64,000 bases of DNA, taken from contig OZ024741.1 in NCBI GenBank assembly GCA_964016885.1, positions 212,598,001 through 212,662,000 on the forward strand. Direction: 5' to 3'. Position 1 is the first letter of the stretch; each line of letters opens with the position of its first letter. The DNA is from Eledone cirrhosa. Lineage: Eukaryota. The notes under the pieces are model-generated. The model had not been told where the DNA came from. It made no database searches and saw only the letters and a list, made by a program, of their open reading frames with translations. A program made the position numbers and the translations under genes. Positions 1-13,400 of this stretch are shown here, piece by piece.

Positions 1-3000
1 TTGGTGGTGTTACTGTTGTTGTTGCTGGTGTTGTTACTGCTGTTGTTGTTGGTGGTGTTACTGTTGTTGTTGTTGGTGGTGTTACTGGTGTTGTTGTTGG
101 TGGTATTACTTCTGTTGTTGTTTTTGGTGTTACTGCTGGTGTTGTTGTTGGTGGTGTTACTGCTGGTGTTGTTGTTGGTGGCGTTACTGCTGTTGTTGTT
201 GTTGGTGTTACTGCTGTTGTTGTTGTTGGTGTTACTGCTGTTGTTTTTGTTGGTGTCACTGATGTGTTTTTGTTGGTGTTACTGCTGTTGTTGTTGTTGG
301 TGTTACTGCTGTTGTTTTTGTTGGTGTTACTGCTGTTGTTGTTGTTGTTGGTGTTACTGCTGTTGTTTTTGTTGGTGTTACTGCTGTTGTTGTTGTTGGT
401 GTTACTGCTGTTGTTGTTGTTGTTGGTGTTACTGCTGTTGTTTTTGTTGGTGTTACTGCGGTTGTTGTTGTTGGTGTTACTGCTGTGTTGTTGGTGGTGT
501 TACTGCTGTTGTTGTTGTTGGTGTTACTGCTGTTGTTTTTGTTGGTGTTACTGCTGTTTTTTTGTTGTTGTTACTGCTGTTGTTTTTGTTGGTGTTACTG
601 CTGTTGTTGTTGTTGGTGTTACTGCTGTTGTTTGTGTTGGTGTTACTGCTGTTGTTTTTGTCGTTGTTACTGCTGTTGTTTTTGTTGGTGTTACTGCTGT
701 TGTTGTTGGGGGTGTTACTGCTGTTGTTGTTTGTAGTGTTACTGTTGTTGTTGTTGTTGTTGGTACTTCTGATGTTGTTGTTGGTGGTGTTACTGTTGTT
801 GTTGTTGTTGGTGTTACTGCTGTTCTTGTTGTTGTTGGTGTTACTGCTGGTGTTGTTGTTGGTGGTGTTACTGCTGGTGTTGTTCTTGGTGGCGTTACTG
901 CTGTTGTTGTTGTTGGTGTTACTGCTGTTGTTGTTGTTGGTGTTACTGCTGTTGTTTTTGTTGGTGTTACTGCTGTTGTTTGTGTTGGTGTTACTGCTGT
1001 TGTTGTTGTTGGTGTTACTGCTGTTGTTTTTGTTGGTGTTACTGCTGTTGTTGTTGTTGTTGGTGTTACTGCTGTTGTTTTTGTTGGTGTTACTGCTGTT
1101 GTTGTTGTTGGTGTTACTGCTGTTGTTGTTGTTGTTGGTGTTACTGCTGTTGTTTTTGTTGGTGTTACTGCTGTTGTTGTTGTTGGTGTTACTGCTGGTT
1201 GTTGGTGGTGTTACTGCTGTTGTTGTTGTTTGTGTTACTGCTGTTGTTTTTGTTGGTGTTACTGCTGTTGATTTTGTTGTTGTTACTGCTGTTGTTTTTG
1301 TTGGTGTTTCTGCTGTTGTTTTTGTTGGTGTTACTGCTGTTGTTGTTGTTGTTGTTAATGCTATTGTTTTTGTTGGTGTTACTGCTGTTGTTTTTGATGG
1401 TGTTACTGCTGTTGTTGTTGGTGGTGTTACTGCTGTTGTTGTTGGTGGTGTTACTGCTGTAGTTGTTGGAGGTGTTACTGCTGTTGTTGTTGTTGGTGTT
1501 ACTGCTGTTGTTGTTGTTGGTGTTACTGCTGTTGTTGTTGGTGGTGTTACTGCTGTTGTTGTTGGTGGTGTTACTGCTGTAGTTGTTGGAGGTGTTACTG
1601 CTGTTGTTGTTGGTGGTGTTACTGCTGTTGTTGTTGGTGGTGTTACTGCTGTTGTTGTTGTTGGTGTTACTGCTGTTGTTGTTGTTGGTGTTACTGCTGT
1701 TGTTGTTGGTGGTGTTACTGCTGTTGTTGTTGGTGGTGTTACTGCTGTAGTTGTTGGAGGTGTTACTGCTGTTGTTGTTGGTGGTGTTACTGCTGTTGTT
1801 GTTGTTGGTGTTACTGCTGCTGTAGTTGGTGGTGTTACTACTGTTGTTGTTGGTGGTGTTACTGCTGTTGTTGTCTGTGTTGTTACTGCTGTTGTTTTTG
1901 GTGGTGTAACTGCTGTTGTTGTTGTTGGTGGTGTTACTGCTTTTGTTGCTGGTGTTACTGCTGTTGTTGTTGTTGGTGTTACTGCTGTTGTTTTTGTTGG
2001 TGTTACTGCTGTGTTGCTGCTGCTGTTACTGTTGTTGTTGTTGGTGGTGTTACTGCTGTTGTTGTTGGTGGTGTTACTGCTGTTGTTGGTGGTGTTACTG
2101 CTGTTGTTGTTGGTGGTGTTACTGTTGTTGTTGTTGGTGGTGTTACTGCTGTTGTTACTGTTGGGGTTACCGCTGTTGTTGTTGTTGGTGTTACTATTGT
2201 TGTTGTTGTTGGTGTTACTGTTGTTTTTGTTGGTGGTATTACTGCTGTTGTTGTTGTTGGTGTTACTGTTGTTGTTGTTGTTGGTGTTACTGCTCTTGTT
2301 GTTAGTGGTGTTACTGCTGTTGTTGGTGGTGTTACTGCAGTTGTTGTTGGTGGTGTTTCTGTTGTTGTTGCTGGTGGTGTTACTGCTGTTGTTATTGTTG
2401 GTGTTACTGCTGTTGTTGTTGGTGGTGTTACTGTTGTTGTTGTTGGTGGTATTACTGCTGTTGTTGTTGTTGGTGTTACTGTTGTTGTTGTTGTTGGTGT
2501 TACTGCTCTTGTTGTTAGTGGTGTTACTGCTGTTGTTGGTGGTGTTACTGCAGTTGTTGTTCGTGGTGTTACTGCTGTTGTTGTTGGTGATGTTACTGCT
2601 GTTGTCGTTGGTACTGTTACTGTTGTTGTTGTTGTTGTTACTTCTGATGTTGTTGTTGGTGGTGTTACTGTTGTTGTTGTTGTTGTGTTACTGCTGTTCT
2701 TGTTGTTTTTGGTGTTACTGCTGGTATTGTTGTTGTTGGTGTTACTGCTGGTGTTGTTGTTGGTGGCGTTACTGCTGTTGTTGTTGTTGGTGTTACTGCT
2801 GTTGTTGTTGTTGGTGTTACTGCTGTTGTTTTTGTTGGTGTTACTGTTGTTGTTTTTGTTGGTGTTACTGCTGTTGTTGTTGTTGGTGTTACTGCTGTTG
2901 TTTTTGTTGGTGTTACTGCTGTTGTGGTTGTTGTTGGTGTTATTGCTGTTGTTTTTGTTGGTGTTACTGATGTTGTTGTTGTTGGTGTTACTGCTGTTGT

Positions 3001-4419
3001 TTTTGTTGGTGTTACTGCTGTTGTTGTTGTTGGTGTTACTGCTGTTGTTGTTGTTTTTGTTACTGCTGTTGTTGCTGTCGGTGTTACTGTTGTTGTTGGT
3101 GGTGGTGTTACTGCTGTTGCTGTTGGTGGTGTTACTGCTGTTGTTGTTGTTGGTGTTACTGTTGTTGTTGTTGTTGGTGTTACTGCTGTTGTTGTAGGTG
3201 GTGTTACTGCTGTTGTTGTAGGTGGTGTTACTGTTGTTGTTGTTGTTGTTGTTTTTGTTACTGCTGTTGTTGCTGTCGGTGTTACTGTTGTTGTTGTTGG
3301 TGGTGTTACTGCTGTTGTTGTTGGTGAAGTTACTGCTGTTGTTGCTGTTGGGGTTACTATTGTTGTTGTTGTTGGTGTTACTGCTGTTGTTGTTGGTGGT
3401 GTTACTGCTCTTGTTGTTGGTGTTACTGCTGTTGTTGTTGGTGGTGTTACTGTTGTTGTTGTTGTTACTGCTGATGTTGTTGGTGGTGTTACTGTTGTTG
3501 TTGTTGTTGTTGGTGTTACTGCTGTTGTTGTTGGTGGTGTTACTGCTCTTGTTGTTGGTGTTACTGATGATGTTGTTGCTGGTGTTACTGCTGCTGTTGT
3601 TGTTGGTGTTACTGCTGTTGTTGTTGGTGGTGTTACTGCTGTTGTTGTTGTTACTGCTGATGTTGTTGTTGGTGGTGTTACTGTTGTTGTTGTTGGTGTT
3701 ACTGCTGGTGTTGTTGTTGGGGTTACTGCTGGTGTTGTTGTTGGTGGTGTTACTGTTGTTGTTGTTGTTGGTGTTACTGCTGTTGTTGTTGGTGGTGTTA
3801 CTGCTCTTGTTGTTGGTGTTACTGTTGTTGTTGTTGTTGTTGGTGTTACTGCTGCTGTTGTTGGTGGTGTCACTGCTGCTGTTGTTGTTGGTGGTGTTAC
3901 TGCTGTTGTTGTTGTTGGTGTTACTGCTGTTGTTTTTGTTGGTGTTACTGCTGTTGTTTTTGTTGTTGTTACTGCTGTTGTTTTTGTTGGTGTTACTGCT
4001 GTTGTTTTTGTTGGTGTTACTGCTGTTGTTGTTGGTGGTGTTACTGCTGTTGTTGGTGGTGTTACTGCTGTTGTTGTTGGTGGTGTTACTGCTGTGTTGC
4101 TGCTGCTGTTACTGTTGATGTTGTTGGTGGTGTTACTGCTGTTGTTGTTGGTGGTGTTGCTGCTGTTGTTGGTGGTGTTACTGCTGTTGTTTTTGTTGGT
4201 GTTACTGCTGTTGTTGTTGATGGTCTTACTGCTGGTGTTGTTGTTGTTGGTGTTACTGCTGTTGTTTTTGTTGGTGTTACTGCTGTTGTTTTTGTTGGTG
4301 TTACTGCTGTTGTTGTTGTTGGTGTTACTGCTGTTGTTGTTGGTGGTGTTACTGCTGTTGTTGTTGTTGGTGTTACTGCTGCTGTTGTTGGTGGTGTTAC
4401 TGCTGTTGTTGTTGGTTGT

Positions 4420-7400
4420 GTTACTGCTGTTGTTGTTGGTGGTATTATTGTTGTTGTTGTTGTTGTTGGTGTTACTGTTGTTGTTGTTGGTGGTGTTACT
4501 GCTGTTGTTGTTGGTGGTATTACTGATGTTGTTGTTGTTGGTGTTACTGCTGTTGTTGTTGGTGGTGTTACTGCTGTTGTTGGTGGTGTTACTGCTGTTG
4601 TTGTTGGTGGTGTTACTGCTGTGTTGCTGCTGCTGTTACTGTTGTTGTTGTTGGTGGTATTACTGCTGTTGTTGATGTTGGTGTTACTGTTGTTGTTGTT
4701 GTTGGTGTTACTGCTGTTGTTGTTGGTGGTGTTACTGCTGTTGTTGGTGGTGTTACTGCAGTTGTTGTTGGTGGTGTTACTGTTGTTGTTGCTGGTGGTG
4801 TTACTGCTGTTGTTGTTGTTGGTGTTACTGCTGTTGTTGTTGGTGGTGTTACTGGTGTTGTTGTTGGTGGTATTACTTCTGTTGTTGTTTTTGGTGTTAC
4901 TGATGGGGCTGTTGTCGTTGGTGGTGTTACTGCTGCTGTTGTTCGTGGTGTTACTGCTGTTGTTGTTGGGGGTGTTACTGCTGTTGTGGTCGGTAGTGTT
5001 ACTGTTGTTGTTGTTGTTGTTGTTACTTCTGATGTTGTTGTTGGTGGTGTTACTGTTGTTGTTGTTGTTGGTGTTACTGCTGTTCTTGTTGTTGTTGGTG
5101 TTACTGCTGGTGTTGTTGTTGGTGGTGTTACTGCTGGTGTTGTTGTTGGTGGCGTTACTGCTGTTGTTGTTGTTGGTGTTAATGCTGTTGTTGTTGTTGG
5201 TGTTACTGCTGTTGTTTTTGTTGGTGTTACTGCTGTTGTTTTTGTTGGTGTTACTGCTGTTGTTGTTGTTGGTGTTACTGCGGTTGTTTTTGTTGGTGTT
5301 ACTGCTGTTGTTGTTGTTGTTGTTGGTGTTACTGCTGTTGTTTTTGTTGGTGTTACTGCTGTTGTGGTTGTTGGTGTCGCTGCTGTTGTTGTTGTTGTTG
5401 GTGTTACTGCTGTTGTTTTTGTTGGTGTTACTGCTGTTGTTGTTGTTGGTGTTACTGCTGTTGTTGTTGTTTTTGTTACTGCTGTTGTTGCTGTCGGTAT
5501 TACTGTTGTTGTTGTTGGTGGTGTTACTGCTGTTGTTGTTGGTGAAGTTACTTCTGTTGTTGCTGTTGGGGTTACAGCTGTTGTTGTTGTTGGAGTTACT
5601 ATTGTTTTGTTGTTGGTGTTACTGCTGTTGTTGTTGGTGGTGTTACTGCTCTTGTTGTTGGTGGTGTTACTGCTCTTGTTGTTGGTGTTACTGCTGTTCT
5701 TGTTGTTGTTGGTGTTACTGCTGGTGTTGTTGTTGGTGGTGTTACTGCTGGTGTTGTTGTTGGTGGTGTTACTGCTGTTGTTGTTGTTGGTGTTACTGCT
5801 GTTGTTGTTGTTGGTGTTACTGCTGTTGTTTTTGTTGGTGTTACTGCTGTTGTTGTTGTTGGTGTTACTGCTGTTGTTTTTGTTGGTGTTACTGCTGTTG
5901 TTGTTGTTGTTGGTATTACTGCTGTTGTTGTTGTTGGTGTTACTGCTGTTGTTGTTGTTGGTGTTACTGCTGTTGTTTTTGTTGTTGTTACTGCTGTTGT
6001 TTTTGTTGGTGTTACTGCTGTTGTTTTTGTTGGTGTTACTGCTGTTGTTGTTGTTGGTGTTACTGCTGTTGTTGTTGTTGGTGTTACTGCTGTTGTTTTT
6101 GTTGGTGTTACTGCTGTTGTTGTTGTTGGTGTTACTGCTGTTGTTGTTGTTGGTGTTACTGCTGTTGTTTTTGTTGTTGTTACTGCTCTTGTTTTTGTTG
6201 GTGTTACTGCTGTTGTTTTTGTTGGTGTTACTGCTGTTGTTGTTGTTGGTGTTACTGCTGTTGTTTTTGTTGGTGTTACTGCTGTTGTTGTTGTTGGTGT
6301 TACTGCTGCTGTTGTTGCTGGTGTTACTGCTGTTGTTGTTGGTGGTATTATTGTTGTTGTTGTTGGTGGTGTTACTGTTGTTGTTGTTGTTGGTGTTACT
6401 GCTGTTGTTGTTGGTGGTATTACTGATGTTGTTGTTGTTGGTGTTACTGCTGTTGTTGTTGGTCGTGTTACTGCTGTTGTTGTTGGTGGTGTTACTGCTG
6501 TTGTTGTTGGTGGTGTTACTGCTGTTGTTGTTGTTGGTGTTACTGCTGCTGTTGTTGGTGGTGTTACTACTGTTGTTGTTGGTGGTGTTACTGCTGTTGT
6601 TGTCCGTGTTGTTACTGCTGTTGTTGTTGGTGGTGTAACTGCTGTTGTTGTTGTTGTTGGTGTTACTGCTGTTGTTGTTGTTGGTGTTACTGCTGTTGTT
6701 GTTGGTGGTGTTACTGTTGTTGTTGTGGGTGGCATTACTGCTGTTGTTGTTGTTGGTGTTACTGTTGTTGTTGTTGTTGGTGTTACTGCTGTTGTTGTTG
6801 GTGGTATTACTGCTGTTGTTGGTGGTGTTACTGCTGTTGTTGTTGGTGGTGTTACTGTTGTTGTTGTTCGTGGTGTTACTGCTGTTGTTGTTGTTGGTGT
6901 TACTGCTATTGTTGTTGGCGGTGTTACTGTTGTTGTTGTTGGTGGTATTGCTGCTGTTGTTGTTGTTGGTGTTACTGTTGTTGATGTTGTTGGTGTTACT
7001 GCTGTTGTTGTTGGTGGTGTTACTACTTTTGTTGGTGGTGTTACTGCTGTTGTTGTTGGTGGTGTTACTGTTGTGTTGCTGCTGCTGTTCCTGTTGTTGT
7101 TGTTGGTGGTGTTACTGCTGTTGTTGTTGGTGGTGTTACTGCTGTTGTTGCTGTTGGGGTTACAGCTGTTGTTGTTGTTGGTGTTACTATTGTTGTTGTT
7201 GGTGGTGTTACTGTTGTTGTTGTTGGTGGTATTACTGCTGTTGTTGTTGTTGGTGTTACTGCTGGGTCTGTTGTCGTTGGTGGTGTTACTGCTGTTGTTG
7301 TTGGTGGTGTTACTGCTGATGTTGTTGGTGGTGTTACAGTTGTTGTTGTTGCTGGTGTTACTGCTGTTGTTGTTGTTGCCGTTACTGCTGTTGTTGTTGT

Positions 7401-10400
7401 TGGTGGTGGTGTTACTGCTGTTTTTGTCGGTGTTGTTACTGCTGTTGTTGTTGGTGGTGTAACTGCTGTTGTTGTTGTTGTTGGTGTTACTGCTGTTGTT
7501 GTTGTTGGTGTTACTGCTGTTGTTGTTGGTGGTGTTACTGTTGTTGTTGTGGGTGGTATTACTGCTGTTGTTGTTGTTGGTGTTACTGTTGTTGTTGTTG
7601 TTGGTGTTACTGCTGTTGTTGTTGGTGGTATTACTGCTGTTGTTGGTGGTGTTACTGCTGTTGTTGTTGGTGGTGTTACTGTTGTTGTTGTTGGTGGTGT
7701 TACTGCTGTTGTTGTTGTTGGTGTTACTGCTGTTGTTGTTGGTGGTGTTACTGTTGTTGTTGTTGGTAGTATTGCTGCTGTTGTTGTTGTTGGTGTTACT
7801 GTTGTTGTTGTTGTTGGTGTTACTGCTGTTGTTGTTGGTGGTGTTACTACTTTTGTTGGTGGTGTTACTGCTGTTGTTGTTGGTGGTATTACTGCTGTGT
7901 TGCTGCTGCTCTTCCTGTTGTTGTTGTTGGTGGTGTTACTGCTGTTGTTGTTGGTGGTGTTACTGCTGTTGGTGGTGGTGTTACTGCTGTTGTTGTTGGT
8001 GGTGTTACTGTTGTTGTTGTTGGTGGTATTACTGCTGTTGTTGCTGTTGGGGTTACAGCTGTTGTTGTTGTTGGTGTTACTATTGTTGTTGTTGGTGGTG
8101 TTACTGTTGTTGTTGTTGGTGGTATTACTGCTGTTGTTGTTGTTGGTGTTACTGCTGGGTCTGTTGTCGTTGGTGGTGTTACTGCTGTTGTTGTTGGTGG
8201 TGTTACTGCTGATGTTGTTGGTGGTGTTACAGTTGTTGTTGTTGCTGGCGTTACTGCTGTTGTTGTTGTTGCCGTTACTGCTGTTGTTGTTGTTGGTGGT
8301 GTTACTGCTGTTGTTGTTGGTGGTGTTACTGCTGTTGTTGTTGGTGTTGTTACTGCTGTTGTTGTTGGTGGTGTTACTGCTGATGTTGTTGTTGGTGTTA
8401 CTGATCTTGTTGTTGTTGGTGTTACTGCTGTTGTTGTTGGTGGTGTTACTGTTGTTGTTGGTGGTGGTATTACTGCTGTTGTTGTTGTTGGTGTTACTGT
8501 TGTAGTTGTTGTTGGTGTTACTGCTGTTGTTGTTGGTGGTGTTACTGCTGTTGTTGGTGGTGTTACTGCTGTTGTTGTTGGTGGTGTTACTGTTGTTGTT
8601 GTTGGTGGTTTTACTGCTGTTGTTGTTGTTGGTGTTACTGCTGTTGTTGTTGGTGGTGTTACTGGTGTTGTTGTTGGTGGTATTACTGCTGTTGTTGTTG
8701 TTGGTGTTACTGCTGGGGCTGTTGTCGTTGGTGGTGTTACTGCTGCTGTTGTTCGTGATGTTACTGCTGTTGTTGTAGGTGGTGTTACTGTTGTTGTTGT
8801 TGTTGTTGTTGTTGTTTTTGTTACTTTTGTTGTTGCTGTCGGTGTTACTGTTGTTGTTGTTGGTGGTGTTACTGCTGTTGTTGTTGGTGAAGTCACTGCT
8901 GTTGTTGCTGTTGGGGTTACTATTGTTGTTGTTGTTGGTGTTACTGCTGTTGTTGTTGGTGGTGTTACTGCTCTTGTTGTTGGTGTTACTGTTGTTGTTG
9001 TTGGTGGTGTTACTGCTGTTGTTGTTGGTGGTGTTACTGTTGTTGTTGTTGGTGTTACTGCTGTTGTTGTTGGTGGTGTTACTGCTCTTGTTGTTGTTGT
9101 TACTGCTGATGTTGTTGTTGGTGTTACTGCTGCTGTTGTTGTTGGTGTTACTGCTGTTGTTGTTGGTGGTGTTACTGTTGTTGTTGTTACTGCTGATGTT
9201 GTTGTTGGTGGTGTTACTGTTGTTGTTGGTGGTGGTGTTACTGCTGGTGTTGTTGTTGGTGTTACTGCTGGTGCTTTTGTTGTTGGTGGTGTTACTGTTG
9301 TTGTTGTTGTTGGTGTTATTGCTGATGTTGTTGGTGGTGTTACTGCTGCTGTTGTTGTTGGTGTTACTGCTGTTGTTGTTGGTGGTGTTACTGCTGATGT
9401 TGTTGGTGGTGTTACTGCTGCTGTTGTTGTTGTTGTCGTTGTTACTGCTGTGGTTGCTGTTGTTGGTGTTACTGTTGTTGTTGTTGTTGGTCTTACTGCT
9501 GGTGTTGTTGTTGGTGGTGTTACTGCTGTTGTTGTTGGTGGTCTTACTGCTGGTGTTGTTGTTGGTGGTGTTACTGCTGTTGTTGTTGGTGGTGTTACTG
9601 CTGTTGTTTTCGTTGGTGTTACTGCTGGTGTTTTTGTTGGTGTTACTGTTGTTGTTGTTGTTGGTGTTACTGCTGTTGTTTTTGTTGGTGTTACTGCTGT
9701 TGTTGTTGTTGGTGTTACTGCTGTTGTTGTTGTTGATGTTACTGCTGTTGTTTTTGTTGGTGTTACTGCTGTTGTTGTTGTTGGTGTTACTGCTGTTGTT
9801 TTTGTTGGTGTTACTGCTGTGGTTGTTGGTGGTGTTACTGCTGTTGTTGTTGGTGGTGTTACTGCTGCTGTTGTTGTTGGTGTTAATGCTGTGTTCCTGC
9901 TGCTGTTACTGTTGTTGTTGGTGGTGGTGTTACTGCTGTTGTTGTTGGTGGTGTTACTGCTGTTGTTGTTGGTGTTGTTACTGCTGTAGTTGTTGGTGGT
10001 GTTACTGCTGTTGTTGTTGGTGTTGTTACTGCTGTTGTTGTCGGTGTTGTTACTGCTGTTGTTGTTGGTGGTGTTACTGCTTTTGTTGATGGTGGTGTTA
10101 CTGCTGCTGTTGTTGTTGGTGTTACTGCTGTGTTCCTGCTGCTGTTACTGTTGTTCTTGGTGGTGGTGTTGCTGCTGTTGTTGTTGTTGGTGTTACTGCT
10201 GTTGTTGTTGGTGGTGTTACTGTTGTTGTTGTTGGTGGTATTACTGCTGTTGTTGGTGTTATTGTTGTTGTTGTTGTTGGTGTTACTGCTGTTGTTGTTG
10301 GTGGTGTTACTGCTTTTGTTGGTGGTGTTACTGCTGTTGTTGTGTTGGTGTTACTGCTGTTGTTGTTGTTGGTGTTACTGCTGTTGTTTTTGTTGGTGTT

Positions 10401-13400
10401 ACTGCTGTTGTTGTTGTTGTTGGTATTACTGCTGTTGTTGTTGTTGGTGTTACTGCTGTTGTTGTTGTTGGTGTTACTGCTGTTGTATTTGTTGTTGTTA
10501 CTGCTGTTGTTTTTGTTGGTGTTACTGCTGTTGTTTTTGTTGGTGTTACTGCTGTTGTTGTTGTTGGTGTTACTGCTGTTGTTGTTGTTGGTGTTACTGC
10601 TGTTGTTTTTGTTGGTGTTACTGCTGTTGTTTTTGTTGGTGTTACTGCTGTTGTTGTTGTTGGTGTTATTGCTGCTGTTGTTGCTGGTGTTACTGCTGTT
10701 GTTGTTGGTGGTATTATTGTTGTTGTTGTTGTTGGTGTTACTGTTGTTGTTGTTGTTGGTGTTACTGCTGTTGTTGTTGGTGGTGTTACTGCTGTTGTTG
10801 TTGGTGGTATTATTGTTGTTGTTGTTGTTGGTGTTACTGCTGTTGTTGTTGTTGGTGTTACTGCTGTTGTTGTTGGTGGTGTTACTGCTGTTGTTGTTGG
10901 TGGTATTATTGTTGTTGTTGTTGTTGGTGTTACTGCTGTTGTTGTTGTTGGTGTTACTGCTGTTGTTGTTGTTGGTGTTACTGCTGTTGTTTTTGTTGGT
11001 GTTACTGCTGTTGTTTTTGTTGGTGTTACTGCTGTTGTTGTTGTTGGTGTTATTGCTGCTGTTGTTGCTGGTGTTACTGCTGTTGTTGTTGGTGGTATTA
11101 TTGTTGTTGTTGTTGTTGGTGTTACTGTTGTTGTTGTTGTTGGTGTTACTGCTGTTGTTGTTGGTGGTGTTACTGCTGTTGTTGTTGGTCGTGTTACTGC
11201 TGTTGTTGTTGGTGGTGTTACTGCTGTTGTTGTTGGTGGTGTTACTGCTGTTGTTGTTGGTGGTGTTACTGCTGTTGTTGTTGTTGGTGTTACTGCTGCT
11301 GTTGTTGGTGGTGTTACTGCTGTTGTTGTTGGTGGTGTTACTGCTGTTGTTGTTGTTGGTGTTACTGCTGCTGTTGTTGGTGGTGTTACTACTGTTGTTG
11401 TTGGTGGTGTTACTGCTGTTGTTTTCGGTGTTGTTACTGTTGTTGTTGTTGGTGGTGTAACTGCTGTTGTTGTTGTTGTTGGTGTTACTGCTGTTGTTGT
11501 TGTTGGTGTTACTGCTGTTGTTGTTGGTGGTGTTACTGTTGTTGTTGTGGGTGGTATTACTGCTGTTGTTGTTGTTGGTGTTACTGCTGTTGTTGTTGGT
11601 GGTGTCACTGCTGCTGTTGTTGTTGGTGGTATTACTGCCGTTGTTGGTGGTGTTACTGCTGTTGTTGATGGTGGTGTTACTGTTGTTGTTGTTGGTGGTG
11701 TTACTGCTGTTGTTGTTGTTGGTGTTACTGCAGTTGTTGTTGGTGGTATTGCTGCTGTTGTTGTTGTTGGTGTTACTGTTGTTGTTGTTGTTGGTGTTAC
11801 TGCTGTTGTTGTTGGTGGTGTTACTACTTTTGTTGGTGGTGTTACTGCTGTTGTTGTTGGTGGTGTTACTGTTGTGTTGCTGCTGCTGTTCCTGTTGTTG
11901 TTGTTGGTGTTACTGCTGTTGTTGCTGCTGGGGTTACAGCTGTTGTTGTTGTTGGTGTTACTATTGTTGTTGTTGGTGGTGTTACTGTTGTTGTTGTTGG
12001 TGGTATTACTGCTGTTGTTGTTGTTGGTGTTACTGCTGGGTCTGTTGTCGTTGGTGGTGTTACTGCTGTTGTTGTTGGTGGTGTTACTGCTGATGTTGTT
12101 GGTGGTGTTACAGTTGTTGTTGTTGCTGGCGTTACTGCTGTTGTTGTTGTTGCCGTTACTGCTGTTGTTGTTGTTGGTGGTGGTGTTACTGCTGTTGTTG
12201 TTGGTGGTATTATTGTTGTTGTTGTTGTTGTTGGTGTTACTGTTGTTGTTGTTGGTGGTGTTACTGCTGTTGTTGTTGGTGGTATTACTGATGTTGTTGT
12301 TGTTGGTGTTACTGCTGTTGTTGTTGGTGGTGTTACTGCTGTTGTTGGTGGTGTTACTGCTGTTGTTGTTGGTGGTGTTACTGCTGTGTTGCTGCTGCTG
12401 TTACTGTTGTTGTTGTTGGTGGTATTACTGCTGTTGTTGATGTTGGTGTTACTGTTGTTGTTGTTGTTGGTGTTACTGCTGTTGTTGTTGGTGGTGTTAC
12501 TGCTGTTGTTGGTGGTGTTACTGCAGTTGTTGTTGGTGGTGTTACTGTTGTTGTTGCTGGTGGTGTTACTGCTGTTGTTGTTGTTGGTGTTACTGCTGTT
12601 GTTGTTGGTGGTGTTACTGGTGTTGTTGTTGGTGGTATTACTTCTGTTGTTGTTTTTGGTGTTACTGATGGGGCTGTTGTCGTTGGTGGTGTTACTGCTG
12701 CTGTTGTTCGTGGTGTTACTGCTGTTGTTGTTGGGGGTGTTACTGCTGTTGTGGTCGGTAGTGTTACTGTTGTTGTTGTTGTTGTTGTTACTTCTGATGT
12801 TGTTGTTGGTGGTGTTACTGTTGTTGTTGTTGTTGGTGTTACTGCTGTTCTTGTTGTTGTTGGTGTTACTGCTGGTGTTGTTGTTGGTGGTGTTACTGCT
12901 GGTGTTGTTGTTGGTGGCGTTACTGCTGTTGTTGTTGTTGGTGTTAATGCTGTTGTTGTTGTTGGTGTTACTGCTGTTGTTTTTGTTGGTGTTACTGCTG
13001 TTGTTTTTGTTGGTGTTACTGCTGTTGTTGTTGTTGGTGTTACTGCTGTTGTTTTTGTTGGTGTTACTGCTGTTGTTGTTGTTGTTGTTGGTGTTACTGC
13101 TGTTGTTTTTGTTGGTGTTACTGCTGTTGTGGTTGTTGGTGTCGCTGCTGTTGTTGTTGTTGTTGGTGTTACTGCTGTTGTTTTTGTTGGTGTTACTGCT
13201 GTTGTTGTTGTTGGTGTTACTGCTGTTGTTGTTGTTTTTGTTACTGCTGTTGTTGCTGTCGGTATTACTGTTGTTGTTGTTGGTGGTGTTACTGCTGTTG
13301 TTGTTGGTGAAGTTACTTCTGTTGTTGCTGTTGGGGTTACAGCTGTTGTTGTTGTTGGAGTTACTATTGTTTTGTTGTTGGTGTTACTGCTGTTGTTGTT